From Methanothrix sp. (GTDB lineage Archaea > Halobacteriota > Methanosarcinia > Methanotrichales > Methanotrichaceae): a stretch of 64,000 nucleotides of DNA. Every line of letters starts with the position of its first letter. The first letter of the stretch is position 1. Positions 19,252 to 29,667 of this stretch are shown in pieces. Made by a program: the position numbers and the translations under genes. The notes under the pieces are model-generated. The model saw only the letters and a list, made by a program, of their open reading frames with translations, was not told the origin of the DNA and searched no databases. The stretch is from NCBI GenBank assembly GCA_040770465.1, contig JAXGJB010000003.1, positions 50,421 through 114,420 of the forward strand, given 5' to 3'.

Positions 19252-20424
19252 ATGCACTGTCCCCATCCCAGCTACAGAAGATCGATGGTTCCGAGAACAC
19301 CGGTGCTCCTTCTCGCGGTTCTAGCCCTCTCCCTCGTCCCGTCCCTTTTTCAGGTCGGAGCTGCGGAGGAGGTCGTTCTCGTGGCATCGCAGGGGTGCAG
19401 CAAATGCGCCGCCGCGGAGAGGACGCTGGAGCGGGTCCTCGCTGATTATCCTGACGCCGAGCTTGCCGTCTACGACGTCACCACTGAAGAGGGAAGGGCC
19501 GTCATCAGAGAGCGCCGCCTCAATGGCGGAGTTCCGGCGATGGCCGTTGGAAACCGGACAATAGCATACAAGGACTACAAAGGCGACCAGGCCCTCCTGG
19601 AGGAGATGGTCCGCGAGGCCCTCGACTCTGATCTGTCCGGCGCCGGAGGGGCAGAGGTATCGGGCTCTGACGGCTCGTTCGAGGACGGAGTCGCAGTCGG
19701 CTCCTCACATAAGGCGCCTCCCGACGGTGGCGACGAGGAGATCGACGTCTCTTCCCTCTCCGTGGTCACGGTCTTCGTCGCGGGCCTCCTCGCCGGGTTC
19801 AACCCCTGCCTTCTGGGGATTCTGGCGTTTCTTGCCGCCGCCGTCATATCCAGCACCGGACGCCGCCGAGACCTGGTCCTGATGGTGGTATTCTTCTCGT
19901 TGGGCATATTCTCCATGTACTACCTATTCGGGGTGGGGATGCTGAAGACCCTCCACGCCGGGGCGATCGCATCGAGGTTTAGGATCGCCCTGACGGTCCT
20001 ACTCCTGGCGCTGGGGCTGGTCCACGTCGAGGACGCAAGGCGGCTTTCTGCCGGTGGCCGATCCCTCTTCAAGGCGAGCTGGTCGCAGAAGTACATCGAA
20101 GGGGCATTATCCAGGGGGAGGTTCAGCTCTTACTTCCTTTTGGGGGCCCTCTTCTCCCTGGTGAAGGCCCCTTGCGTCGGAGCCGTCTACATCGCCATCC
20201 TCGGCCTCATCGCCGAGGAGGGGTACTCCTCAGGGGCCGTCTACCTCCTATTCTACAACTTTGGGGTGATCCTTCCCATACTCATCCTGGGGGGCGTCAT
20301 CGCTCTGGGCATGAGCCCCGAGAAGGTGGACGGTTTCAGGAAGGACCACCGGGCCGGGATCAGGCTGGCGACCGGCCTCACCCTCCTTCTCCTCGCCCCC
20401 CTCATCTACTGGCAGGTGATCTGA
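19252..20424 (+). CDS. CcdA/DsbD-like membrane protein with N-terminal thioredoxin-like domain
   Basis: CSKC, GFNPCLL and KAPCVG conserved Cys motifs; multi-TM. Confidence 0.82.
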   Translation: MHCPHPSYRRSMVPRTPVLLLAVLALSLVPSLFQVGAAEEVVLVASQGCSKCAAAERTLERVLADYPDAELAVYDVTTEEGRAVIRERRLNGGVPAMAVGNRTIAYKDYKGDQALLEEMVREALDSDLSGAGGAEVSGSDGSFEDGVAVGSSHKAPPDGGDEEIDVSSLSVVTVFVAGLLAGFNPCLLGILAFLAAAVISSTGRRRDLVLMVVFFSLGIFSMYYLFGVGMLKTLHAGAIASRFRIALTVLLLALGLVHVEDARRLSAGGRSLFKASWSQKYIEGALSRGRFSSYFLLGALFSLVKAPCVGAVYIAILGLIAEEGYSSGAVYLLFYNFGVILPILILGGVIALGMSPEKVDGFRKDHRAGIRLATGLTLLLLAPLIYWQVI

Positions 20425-20607
20425 GAGCGTCTTCTGGTAACGCTCCCTCATCTGCGGTGGGATCAGTCTCGCCCCTCATCCGCAGGCATCTGAGGGGGGG
20501 CGGCGGGTGCTAACGACATCGCCACTGCGCTTGCTGGCGAGCGGCATTTCAGGCATGTGCAAAAGGATTAATACCGGCGAGATGTCTCTCGTTTTTGAGG
20601 TGAACGC

Positions 20608-21798
20608 TTGTTTTTGATAGGAGAGGCGCTGATAGGGGACGAGCCCGAACTCGCTCATATAGATCTATTAATTGGTGACAAAGATGGTCCCGTGGGGATC
20701 GCCTTCGCGAGCGGCCTTGCCCAGCTCTCAGCGGGACACACCCCGCTTCTTTCAGTTATAAGGCCCAACTTGCCGCCGAAGCCCGCCACCCTGATAGTGC
20801 CGAAGGTGACGGTGAAGAATATGGATCAGGCCGCCCAGATCTTCGGCCCCGCCCAGACCGCCGTTGCAAAAGCGGTGGCTGACTCCGTCGCCGAGGGGGT
20901 CATCCCTCGGGGCGAGGTCGAGAACCTGGTATTGATCGTCAGCGTCTTCATCCACCCCCAGGCCCGGGACTACGACGCCATATATCGGTACAACTACGGC
21001 GCCACGAAGCTCGCGATCAAGAGGGCGATGGAGAGCTTCCCGGACATCGATACCGTCCTCTACGAGAAGGACAGGTCGACCCACCCGATCATGGGGTTCA
21101 GGGTGATCAGGCTCTGGGACCCGCCCTACCTCCAGGTGGCGCTGGACCTGGTGGACCTCGGGGTCGTCCGCAGAGTCCTAGCCCAGCTTCCGGATAGCGA
21201 CCATCTCCTCGTCGAGGTTGGAACGCCTCTGGTCAAGAAGTTCGGGGCTTCCGTGGTGAAGGAGATCAGGAACGTGCGGCCCAGCTCCTTTGTGGTCCTG
21301 GACCTCAAGACCCTGGATACCGGAAACCTGGAGGTGAGGCTCGCCGCCGACGCCACCGCCGACGCCGTGGTGATCTCAGGGCTCGCCCCGAAGAAGACCC
21401 TGGAGCTCGCGATCAGGGAGGCGAGAAAGACCGGGGTATACTCGGTGATCGACATGCTGAACGTCTCCGATCCCCTGGGGGTCCTCCGGTCCCTGGCGGT
21501 CCTCCCGGACGTGGTGGAGATGCACCGGGCGATAGACCAGGAGGCGGAGAAGCACAACTGGGAGGCGATAGCCGAGATCAAGAGGATGGCCGCCGACTCC
21601 GACCAGAAGATCCTGGTGGCCGTCGCCGGCGGGATCAGGGTCGATACCGTGGCCTCGGCCCTCAAGTCGGGGGCGGATATCATAGTCACCGGCCGGGCGA
21701 TCACGGCATCAAAAGACGTCAAAGACGCCGCCGAGCAGTTCCTCAGTGAGCTGAAACAGACGGAGATAGACCAGTACAGGGTGATGACCGACTTCTGA
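20608..21798 (+). CDS. fae-hps: Bifunctional formaldehyde-activating enzyme / 3-hexulose-6-phosphate synthase
   Basis: IGEALIG...AHIDL Fae domain; LQVALD, EVGTPL, DLKTLDTG HPS domain. Confidence 0.95.
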   Translation: MFLIGEALIGDEPELAHIDLLIGDKDGPVGIAFASGLAQLSAGHTPLLSVIRPNLPPKPATLIVPKVTVKNMDQAAQIFGPAQTAVAKAVADSVAEGVIPRGEVENLVLIVSVFIHPQARDYDAIYRYNYGATKLAIKRAMESFPDIDTVLYEKDRSTHPIMGFRVIRLWDPPYLQVALDLVDLGVVRRVLAQLPDSDHLLVEVGTPLVKKFGASVVKEIRNVRPSSFVVLDLKTLDTGNLEVRLAADATADAVVISGLAPKKTLELAIREARKTGVYSVIDMLNVSDPLGVLRSLAVLPDVVEMHRAIDQEAEKHNWEAIAEIKRMAADSDQKILVAVAGGIRVDTVASALKSGADIIVTGRAITASKDVKDAAEQFLSELKQTEIDQYRVMTDF

Positions 21799-21799
21799 G

Positions 21800-23155
21800 A
21801 TGCGCACTATCTTCGCCCTCCTCGTCCTCCTCATCCTGGCAGGTCAGGCCCGCTCCACCACCGAGGTCCTGGCTGACGAGGGGGACCATCCCCGTGGGGC
21901 AGTCATCCTCGTCGTCGACGGGATGGGGTCGGCTTATGTCTACCCCGAGCTCATGCCTCGGGCTCTCGATGGGTCGCATCTCAGCTCTGCCATCTTATTC
22001 AACCTGACCGGGAAGGGGGCGCGAGTTCTGAACGTGACGGTCCCCGTCCCCGAGACGGGGCCGAGCCACTCGGTCCTGGTGACGGGATGCTCCTGGGCGG
22101 ACTCTGCAAATCTCGGGACGGCTGGGGCGACGATCTTCGACGCCGCCAGGGCCGACGGCCTCTTATGTCTTGCCATACTCCAGCGGGGCGACGCCATCAG
22201 CATGGTACTGGAGCAGGACGGCGTTCTATTCTTCGACGACAACTCTCTATGGGGCGCCGAGCCCCTCGTCGGATCGAAGGCCGACTTTCCTTCGGACCTG
22301 GCCGACCTCTTCCAGAGCTGGAGGGATCGTTTTCCCGAGTACAACCGAAAGCGGGGCGTTCCCGGCTACGTCGGATACAACGCCTGGGGGCTCGATGCGG
22401 CCGCTGACGTGGTGTCGGCGATGGGAGAGCGACCCTTCTTCCTTATCGTCAACGTCGGGGCAGTCGACAGCGCCGGCCACAACCTCGGCTCCGAGAAATA
22501 CGTCGAGACGATCTCGGGCCTCGACGCCCCCCTGGGGAGGCTTGTCGAGGCCTGCGAGGCCGGAGGTGTCATCCTCCTGATCACCGCCGACCACGGGATG
22601 TCCTTTCCCTCCGACCAGGGCAAAGGCGGTCACTCCTCAGCAAAGTACTCGTCCCAGCCGGAATCGGTGATGGTCCCCGTGGTCTTCGTTGGGCCCGGGG
22701 TCGACGAGATAGCGGTGACGGGGAACTGGTCGGAGGTGGACCTTGCCCCCACCCTCCTCGACCTGCTCGGCAAAAGTCCGGATCTGCCCCTCTCCGAGGG
22801 GCGGGTCATACCAGTCTCAAAACGATACGACCTGGTCGTCGGCGCCGGGAAGGTGGCCGATGTCGAGGTCCGGCGGGACGGATCCCTGGTGGCTCGGGCC
22901 GCCGGCGACTCTCGCTACATCTTCAGGAGCCTGGAACGAGGGTCGTACTCGGTGGAGTCGGCCGGCCGGAAGGCTATGGTGTACCTAGACTGTGACCGGG
23001 CCGTCGATCTTCTGGATGAATCCCCTCGGGGCTTCGGAGGAGTTCTCCACCCGATCTTCGATCGAGATAACCGTAAGCTCATCGCCGTCGGCGCTATCAT
23101 CGCGATAAACGTCATCGGAGCCATAATGATCTTCAGGATCATGAGGAAGAAATGA
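21800..23155 (+). CDS. Membrane-anchored alkaline phosphatase/sulfatase-superfamily metalloenzyme
   Basis: VVDG, T.PSH, DSAGH, TADHG, DLAPT; signal peptide and C-terminal TM. Confidence 0.75.
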   Translation: MRTIFALLVLLILAGQARSTTEVLADEGDHPRGAVILVVDGMGSAYVYPELMPRALDGSHLSSAILFNLTGKGARVLNVTVPVPETGPSHSVLVTGCSWADSANLGTAGATIFDAARADGLLCLAILQRGDAISMVLEQDGVLFFDDNSLWGAEPLVGSKADFPSDLADLFQSWRDRFPEYNRKRGVPGYVGYNAWGLDAAADVVSAMGERPFFLIVNVGAVDSAGHNLGSEKYVETISGLDAPLGRLVEACEAGGVILLITADHGMSFPSDQGKGGHSSAKYSSQPESVMVPVVFVGPGVDEIAVTGNWSEVDLAPTLLDLLGKSPDLPLSEGRVIPVSKRYDLVVGAGKVADVEVRRDGSLVARAAGDSRYIFRSLERGSYSVESAGRKAMVYLDCDRAVDLLDESPRGFGGVLHPIFDRDNRKLIAVGAIIAINVIGAIMIFRIMRKK

Positions 23156-23382
23156 GGATTCTTTTCTCATTATGATATCATTTCGGAGCTTGGCCTTTCG
23201 TTTTGATCCGCTCTTTCTTTTCAGTATTTTCGGTTTTCGGAGCTGTCCTCTCGTGCGCCGATTTTTCCGAACCGATTCAACTGGAATCACCTCGATATCA
23301 TCCCCAGACAGCATCCCGCGACAGCAAAACGCCTCTCTCCAGCAGGTTGGAAAGGAATCGAGCCCCGCCATTGGCATCTGTT

Positions 23383-24090
23383 TTAGTACAGTGAACGACG
23401 TTGCTTCCTTGCTTTCATCGTAATGTAAACTGCATGAGTCCTATCAATTTTGGAGAGAACTGCGGCTATTTTACCAGGAAATGGATAATATCCTGCCCCA
23501 ATAAATTGCTCCACTTTTAATCCATTGTATTCGAAAAGCTCCTTCAGCGCTTCTGGAGCAAAGATCCTAATGTGAATAGTTCCCTTGCTTTCGTGCTTCA
23601 ATCCTTGCTTTGGATCGAATGAGTTGCCCAAAATTACTTCGTTGCTGATATGGGCCGAAAATGGCTGTTTTCCCAAAAATAGAGAGAAGATATTGTGCAA
23701 GCTCGCCAGATTTGGGGTGGAGATGATGGAATACCCGTCAGGCTTCAGTATTCTATGAATTTCCCGTACAAAATTATCCGTATCAATCAAGTGCTCTATA
23801 ACCTGATTGGCATGCACGACATCGAAACTTTCATTCTCAAACGGAAACTTTCCGTTTAGATCTGCACAGCATGCATTGACGCCTTTCTTCCTGGCTACCT
23901 GGCACATATTTTCTAGAAAATCTACTCCCCAGACATCCTTAGATCCAGCGCACTCAGCTACTTGTAATGCAAAGGAGCCATCACCGCACCCCAGATCGAG
24001 AATTCTTGCGGCTGGATTAGGCTCGATCAGATTAAAAATAGATCTGCGGTTTTCTTTATCCACCTTGTGAAATAGCGATAGCAGGTTCAT
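23383..24090 (-). CDS. Class I SAM-dependent methyltransferase
   Basis: ILDLGCGDG, FDVV, VIEHL, LKPDG..IISTPN; AT-rich. Confidence 0.88.
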   Translation of the reverse strand: MNLLSLFHKVDKENRRSIFNLIEPNPAARILDLGCGDGSFALQVAECAGSKDVWGVDFLENMCQVARKKGVNACCADLNGKFPFENESFDVVHANQVIEHLIDTDNFVREIHRILKPDGYSIISTPNLASLHNIFSLFLGKQPFSAHISNEVILGNSFDPKQGLKHESKGTIHIRIFAPEALKELFEYNGLKVEQFIGAGYYPFPGKIAAVLSKIDRTHAVYITMKARKQRRSLY

Positions 24091-24396
24091 TTATTCAGAT
24101 AATGCCAATTGGGTTTAAGAGATATATACTTTTAGGCCAGCGAGGCTTTGCACGTAAAGTCAAACCCCTGTAAACTTCATCGAGTTGATTGTAACTTATG
24201 CTGCAACTACGAATGCATGGGTTCAGCTGAAAGTCGCCCGGAATCATATGATTTTAGCATTAACTACACTTTAGGTGCAAAGCCCATCCGGGACTACACA
24301 GGGCGAAAAATGATGATAAAATCGAAAAGGGTTTATCGCATTACATAATAAAAATTGGATGTAGGCATCGTAACTCAGCTAAAAGGCGGAGATCAA

Positions 24397-25509
24397 ATGA
24401 ACAGATCAGCATCACCAAATTCAAATAACGTCCTGGCCCTCTCGGCGGCCGTCCTCGTCTTTCTCGCCCTCGGCCCAGCAAATTTCGCCTCGGCCGCTGG
24501 CTGGGAGAATATACCAGATCTGCCCCGCACCATCAACAGCCTCCTCGCGGACGCTGATAGCCCGGGGGTCGTCTACGCCGGGACCGGCCTATCGGGGTCT
24601 GGAAGCGGAGTCTTCAAGAGCGAGGAATCGGGGGCGAACTGGAGCCTCGCCTCCGAGGGGCTGGCCGGCGGGGACGTCAAGTCCCTGGCCATGGCGGGAG
24701 GCACCCTTTACGCCGCCGTCAGCAGCGGCTACATTTACGCCAGCTCCGACGGGGCCGCGAGCTGGGAGCAGCTCGGCTTCTTCGGGTACGCCGGCTTCAA
24801 CCCCCGCCTGGACATAGCCGGAAGCGATGAGAGCGTCATCTTCGTCGCCAACGACGTCCGGGGGGCCGCCTTCAGCACCGACGGCGGTTACACCTGGCTT
24901 TCTACAGAAGGAGGTCTTCCGAAGGACGAGAACGGCGGGACGAACGTCCAGTCCGTCGCCATCGATCCGAACGACTCCCAGGTCGTCTACCTGGGAACGG
25001 GATGGAGCGGGTTTGCCGGCAACGGGGTCTACAAGTCGATGGACGGCGGAGCTACCTGGAGCCCCGCGAACCGCGGGATGCTCGACTACTCCATAGCATC
25101 ACTGGCGATCGATCCGTCAAACTCCCAGATCATATACGCCGGCGGGTACGAAGGAGACCTCTTCAAGAGCACCGACGGGGCAGCGACCTGGACCGACCTG
25201 ACGGATGGGATACCCCTCGATGAGCATGATCGATCCAGCATCAAAGAGATCCTCCTGGACCCGGCAGATCCAGAGGCGGTGTATATACTCTCCGAGCGGG
25301 CGGGGGTCTTCGCAAGCCAAGACGGCGGGTCGAGCTGGAACGTCCTGGGATCTCCGACGGAGGTCGAGTACGCCGCATTCACCGCCATGACCGTGATCTT
25401 CGAGCCGGATCCGGCGTTGGTGGTGGGGATCAGGGACGAAGGCGGGTGGTGGCGCGCCCTGGATCGACCATTCGCTCAGGAAGATGCCGGGGTGACCTCG
25501 ACCGATTAA
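24397..25509 (+). CDS. Secreted BNR/Asp-box beta-propeller protein
   Basis: Repeated SxDGGxTW Asp-boxes; signal peptide. Confidence 0.85.
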   Translation: MNRSASPNSNNVLALSAAVLVFLALGPANFASAAGWENIPDLPRTINSLLADADSPGVVYAGTGLSGSGSGVFKSEESGANWSLASEGLAGGDVKSLAMAGGTLYAAVSSGYIYASSDGAASWEQLGFFGYAGFNPRLDIAGSDESVIFVANDVRGAAFSTDGGYTWLSTEGGLPKDENGGTNVQSVAIDPNDSQVVYLGTGWSGFAGNGVYKSMDGGATWSPANRGMLDYSIASLAIDPSNSQIIYAGGYEGDLFKSTDGAATWTDLTDGIPLDEHDRSSIKEILLDPADPEAVYILSERAGVFASQDGGSSWNVLGSPTEVEYAAFTAMTVIFEPDPALVVGIRDEGGWWRALDRPFAQEDAGVTSTD

Positions 25510-25662
25510 TTGGACGGATGAGCGCCGGGCTTTCTCCGATCTCGACGACGTGATCATGGGGTCGGGAGGGGGGGCTGCGCCGCACCGGCCCCTCGACCAC
25601 TCATTCACGTTTCGGCCAACTTTAAATACGACCTTCTCGGGACAAATTCGGTGTGATGGTTC

Positions 25663-26946
25663 ATGGGACTTATTGAAGACGCCAGAGCCGGCCGGATAAC
25701 AGCTGAGATGGAGATCGTGGCAAAAGACGAGGGCCTGACCCCTGAGTTCATAAGGCGGGGGATCGCCAGCGGCACCATCGTGATACCGGTCAGCCCCTAT
25801 CGAGAGGTTCGATTCTGCGGGATAGGAAAGGGGCTGCGGACGAAGGTTAACGCCACCGTCGGCACCAGCAGCGACATCGTCGACGTCGAGATGGAGGTCG
25901 AGAAGGCGAGGGCCGCCGAGGATGCGGGAGCCGACACCCTGATGGAGCTATCCACCGGGGGCGACTTCTTTGAGATCAGAAAGAGGGTGATCGAGAGCAC
26001 GAGCCTATCGGTCGGGTCCGTCCCCCTCTACCAGGCCTTCATCGAGGCGATAAGAAAGCACGGTTCAGGCGTCGATATGACCGAGGACGACCTATTCCGG
26101 ATCACCGAGGAGCAGGCGAAGCTCGGGACGAACTTCATGGCGATCCACACCGGGATCAACAGGATCTGCATCGACCGGATCAGAAAGCAGGGCGGCCGGT
26201 TTGGAGGCCTCTGCAGCCGGGGCGGCGCCTTCATGGTCGCCTGGATGCTCCACAACGACAAGGAGAACCCCCTCTATAGCGATTTCGACTACCTTCTGGA
26301 GATCTTAAAAGAGCACCAGGTCACCCTCAGCATGGGCAACGGCTTTCGGGCAGGCGCCGTCCACGACGCCACCGACCGGGCCCAGATCCAGGAGCTGATA
26401 ATCAACAGCGAGCTGGCGGACCAGGCTCATGACTTCGGTGTCCAGACGATCGTCGAGGGGCCGGGCCACATCCCCGTCGACGAGATCGAGGCGAACGTCA
26501 AGGTGATGAAGCGGCTCTCGGGGGAGAAGCCCTTCTACATGCTGGGACCTCTGGTCACCGACATCGCCCCGGGGTACGACCATCTGGTGGCGGCGATAGG
26601 CGCCAGCATCTCCAGCGCCAGCGGGGCCGACTTCATCTGCTACGTAACCCCTGCAGAGCATCTGGCCCTCCCCAACGTCCAGGACGTAAAGGAGGGTGTG
26701 ATGGCCTCAAGGATCGCAGCTCACGTCGGCGACATGATCAAGAACGGGACCCGCGACCAGGACCTGGCCATGGGCAGGGCCCGGCGGGACATGCTCTGGC
26801 GAGAGCAGTTCGACCTCGCCATCGATCCTGAGACGGCGAAGATGATACGGTCCGAGAGGGCCCCGGCCGACGGCAAGGTCTGCACCATGTGTGGAGACTT
26901 CTGCGCCCACAAGATAGTGGCGGAGAATATAGACCTCCGCCGGTGA
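25663..26946 (+). CDS. thiC: ThiC-family radical SAM enzyme (phosphomethylpyrimidine synthase or BzaB/BzaF-like paralog)
   Basis: KVNA..GTS, MELSTGG, SRGG, EGPGH, YVTPAEHL, CTMCGDFC. Confidence 0.85.
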   Translation: MGLIEDARAGRITAEMEIVAKDEGLTPEFIRRGIASGTIVIPVSPYREVRFCGIGKGLRTKVNATVGTSSDIVDVEMEVEKARAAEDAGADTLMELSTGGDFFEIRKRVIESTSLSVGSVPLYQAFIEAIRKHGSGVDMTEDDLFRITEEQAKLGTNFMAIHTGINRICIDRIRKQGGRFGGLCSRGGAFMVAWMLHNDKENPLYSDFDYLLEILKEHQVTLSMGNGFRAGAVHDATDRAQIQELIINSELADQAHDFGVQTIVEGPGHIPVDEIEANVKVMKRLSGEKPFYMLGPLVTDIAPGYDHLVAAIGASISSASGADFICYVTPAEHLALPNVQDVKEGVMASRIAAHVGDMIKNGTRDQDLAMGRARRDMLWREQFDLAIDPETAKMIRSERAPADGKVCTMCGDFCAHKIVAENIDLRR

Positions 26947-26999
26947 TATGCCCCACCGATGATATACCTCACCGATGATAGATCTGCATCGGGTGATTC

Positions 27000-27464
27000 T
27001 CACTTTCCGAGGAGGCTGGCGAGGAAGCTGAGGACTGCGGTGCTGGAGAGGGCCGCCGCCACCTTCAGCCTGGCCGACCAGGTCGTGCCTTCGATGGAGA
27101 TCTCGCCGTTGTCCTTCGCCTCCTCAAAGGCGGCGGCCGGGTCGTCCGACTCGATGACCCTGGTGATCGCATCCTCCGTGGCGTTCACGACGATCGTCGG
27201 GTCTTCGATCTCTCCAGCCGTCGTGTTCACAACCAGGCCGTCCTTCGTATCGAGGCCCGCCAATAAGACGGTCCCGTCCGACTTTGATACCTCTATCTGG
27301 ACCCTTTCATCTCCGAGGAGGGCCTTCAATATGTCCGGGGCGTTTTCGGCGCCCTGGTTGTAGACGTCGACTCCGTGCTGAATGTCTTCAAAGGCGATGG
27401 CAAAGCCCGGAGCCGACGAGGCGAACGCCAAGCTCGCCGCCAGGATGAAGATCTTCATTATCAT
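27000..27464 (-). CDS. Secreted hypothetical protein
   Basis: Signal peptide; host-like codon usage. Confidence 0.65.
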   Translation of the reverse strand: MIMKIFILAASLAFASSAPGFAIAFEDIQHGVDVYNQGAENAPDILKALLGDERVQIEVSKSDGTVLLAGLDTKDGLVVNTTAGEIEDPTIVVNATEDAITRVIESDDPAAAFEEAKDNGEISIEGTTWSARLKVAAALSSTAVLSFLASLLGK

Positions 27465-27576
27465 AATCGTCCATATTCCCCCTCAGCGATAATAGCCTTT
27501 TCAATCGAAAGAATCTCTCCGGGATCCGAAGCTCGGCGAATCTTTAAGTAGGTTCTTGTCCGATGGTATTTCCGGT

Positions 27577-28662
27577 ATGGATATCCTGGTTCTCTGCATC
27601 GATAGAGACGACGACCTGGGCCGGAAGGCCAGGATCGAGAGCCCCGTCGTCGGGAGGGCCGCCAACATCGAGGCGACTTTGAAGCTTGGCCTCGCTGACC
27701 CCGAGGATTCGGACGTCAATACTATCCTCGGCGGAATCAAGGTCTACGACGACCTCGCCTCCCAGGGGAAGGCGGTCGAGATAGCCTCGGTGGCGGGAGA
27801 CCCCAACGTCGGCCTGATCTCGGACGGCAAGATCGCCCACCAGATAGACGCCCTAATCGAGAGGTTCTCTCCCGAGGGGGTGGTGGTGGTATCCGACGGG
27901 GCGGAGGACGAGGCGATCCTGCCGATAATCCAGTCCCGGGTGAAGGTCGACGGTGTGAAAAGGGTTCTCGTAAAGCAGAGCCACAACCTTGAGAGCACCT
28001 ACTACCTTTTGAAGCAGGTCTTCAGGGACCCGAAGATCAGCCACACCTTCTTCATACCCGTAGGCCTTGCCCTTCTCATATACTCGACCTTCAGCTTCCT
28101 CGGAAGGTCGGACTTCGCCGTGGTCGCCATCCTCGCCGCCGTCGGGGTCTACCTCCTCTTTCGAGGCCTCGGCCTCGACGACTTCATGGACAGCACCAAG
28201 CAGACCTTCAAGGGGAACCTCTATCGAGGAAAGGTGGCCTTCATCACTTACGTCCTCGCCGCGGCCCTGGTCCTCATCGCCACCATCCAGGGGTCGGCGA
28301 AGTTCTGGGACTACTACACAGGCGAGATCTGGTACGGCTACATAGTTCTGATAATGGTATTCGTCAACCACAGCGTATGGTGGTACGTCGCCGCGGGGAT
28401 CTGTGTCAACCTCGGAAAGATCCTGGACCTCTACATCGAGGGGGTGGGAGACGAGAGGTCTTACTCGTACCCCTTCTTCATCTTCGCCACAGGTTTGATC
28501 TTCTGGTCGGCCTCCGTCTTCATCCTGGTGAACAGCGCTGACATGGACCTGCCTCTCATCTCGGGGTCGAGCACCGAGTACCTGGCCGTCTCCGCGGCTC
28601 TGGCCATAACCATCGCCCTCGTCGGGGTGAAGGTCTCCCGGAGGATGGTGGGCGGGAGATGA
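27577..28662 (+). CDS. DUF373 family membrane protein
   Basis: LVLCIDRDDDLG, DPEDSDVN, VSDGAEDE, NLESTYY. Confidence 0.9.
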   Translation: MDILVLCIDRDDDLGRKARIESPVVGRAANIEATLKLGLADPEDSDVNTILGGIKVYDDLASQGKAVEIASVAGDPNVGLISDGKIAHQIDALIERFSPEGVVVVSDGAEDEAILPIIQSRVKVDGVKRVLVKQSHNLESTYYLLKQVFRDPKISHTFFIPVGLALLIYSTFSFLGRSDFAVVAILAAVGVYLLFRGLGLDDFMDSTKQTFKGNLYRGKVAFITYVLAAALVLIATIQGSAKFWDYYTGEIWYGYIVLIMVFVNHSVWWYVAAGICVNLGKILDLYIEGVGDERSYSYPFFIFATGLIFWSASVFILVNSADMDLPLISGSSTEYLAVSAALAITIALVGVKVSRRMVGGR

Positions 28663-28732
28663 GGTTGATCTCGACCTATCCGTCGCTCCTCTCCCCGTCG
28701 ATTTTTCTGTTGATCTCTACGGAGATGTTCTT

Positions 28733-29632
28733 CTGATCGAGATCGAGACGAGCGGAGAAAGCTGCCTCTGCGATTTCACATTCGACTTCTACTGGCAGCA
28801 CCAGGGCTCTCGACTGGATCCAGACCAGCCAGTATGCGATCCATATACCCATCGGCATCTGGTGGAGGCGCTGAGGCGGGGCGAAACGGTGCGTATCCGG
28901 GGGGACGTCGGCGGCCGGCTGGCTTCCAGCCTCGGTGTCGACCTCGCCAGCTTCGGCGGGGGCGGAGGCCCCATCGAAGAGGCGGGCTCCATCATCGTCG
29001 ACGGAGACGTCGGCCCCCGGATGGGGATCAGCATGATCCGGGGCTCGATCTACGTCAGCGGAAGCGTCGCTGCGCCCCTGGGGAACGTAGTCGAGGTCGA
29101 GTCGGATCTGGCCGGATACCGGAAGTACGTCTCGATAACGGAGGTTTTGGAGCGGGGCGGCCGGGTCGGCGATGTCGGCGAGCCGAACAGTCTCGACGAC
29201 GAAAAGCTCGTCCTCAACGACGGCCTACCGAGGGAGACCCTGGCGGCGCGGTCCCGAGCAAAGAGGGCGTTGAGGGTGGAGGGGGACGCCGGGATGAGCG
29301 CGGGGATCCTGATGAGGTCGGGCCTCCTGGAGGTAAGGGGCGATGCCGGGAGGAACACCGGGGTTCTGATGAGAGGGGGGAGGCTCGTCGTATCCGGTCG
29401 GTGCGACGACTTCACCGCCGCCGAGATGAGGGGGGGCGAGATCTTCGTCGCCGGCGATGCCGGAGGCTTCATCTGCGCCAAGATGACCGGAGGCGCCGTC
29501 TACGCCCTCAGAGGAAAGCCGATCCCTCCGGCACGGGCCTCGGCGCTAAAGGGTGGGGAGGCCGCCCTGGTCTCGAAGGTCCTGGGCGTCAGCTCCTTTT
29601 CGGCGATGACGTACAAGAAGTTCGGGCTGTGA
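28733..29632 (+). CDS. GXGXG-motif protein (FwdC / glutamate synthase domain-3-like)
   Basis: Repeated I.V.GD.G...G..M.GG units. Proposed CTG start at 28733; first canonical start is GTG at 28862. Confidence 0.75.
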   Translation: MIEIETSGESCLCDFTFDFYWQHQGSRLDPDQPVCDPYTHRHLVEALRRGETVRIRGDVGGRLASSLGVDLASFGGGGGPIEEAGSIIVDGDVGPRMGISMIRGSIYVSGSVAAPLGNVVEVESDLAGYRKYVSITEVLERGGRVGDVGEPNSLDDEKLVLNDGLPRETLAARSRAKRALRVEGDAGMSAGILMRSGLLEVRGDAGRNTGVLMRGGRLVVSGRCDDFTAAEMRGGEIFVAGDAGGFICAKMTGGAVYALRGKPIPPARASALKGGEAALVSKVLGVSSFSAMTYKKFGL

Positions 29633-29667
29633 TCCGTTGGTGCACCATCGCTATCGTTTCGTTTTTT

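Noticed and set aside
25510-25662. TPP riboswitch upstream of thiC
   Set aside because: No CTGAGA or other TPP core motifs; only a TATA-like TTTAAATA is present.
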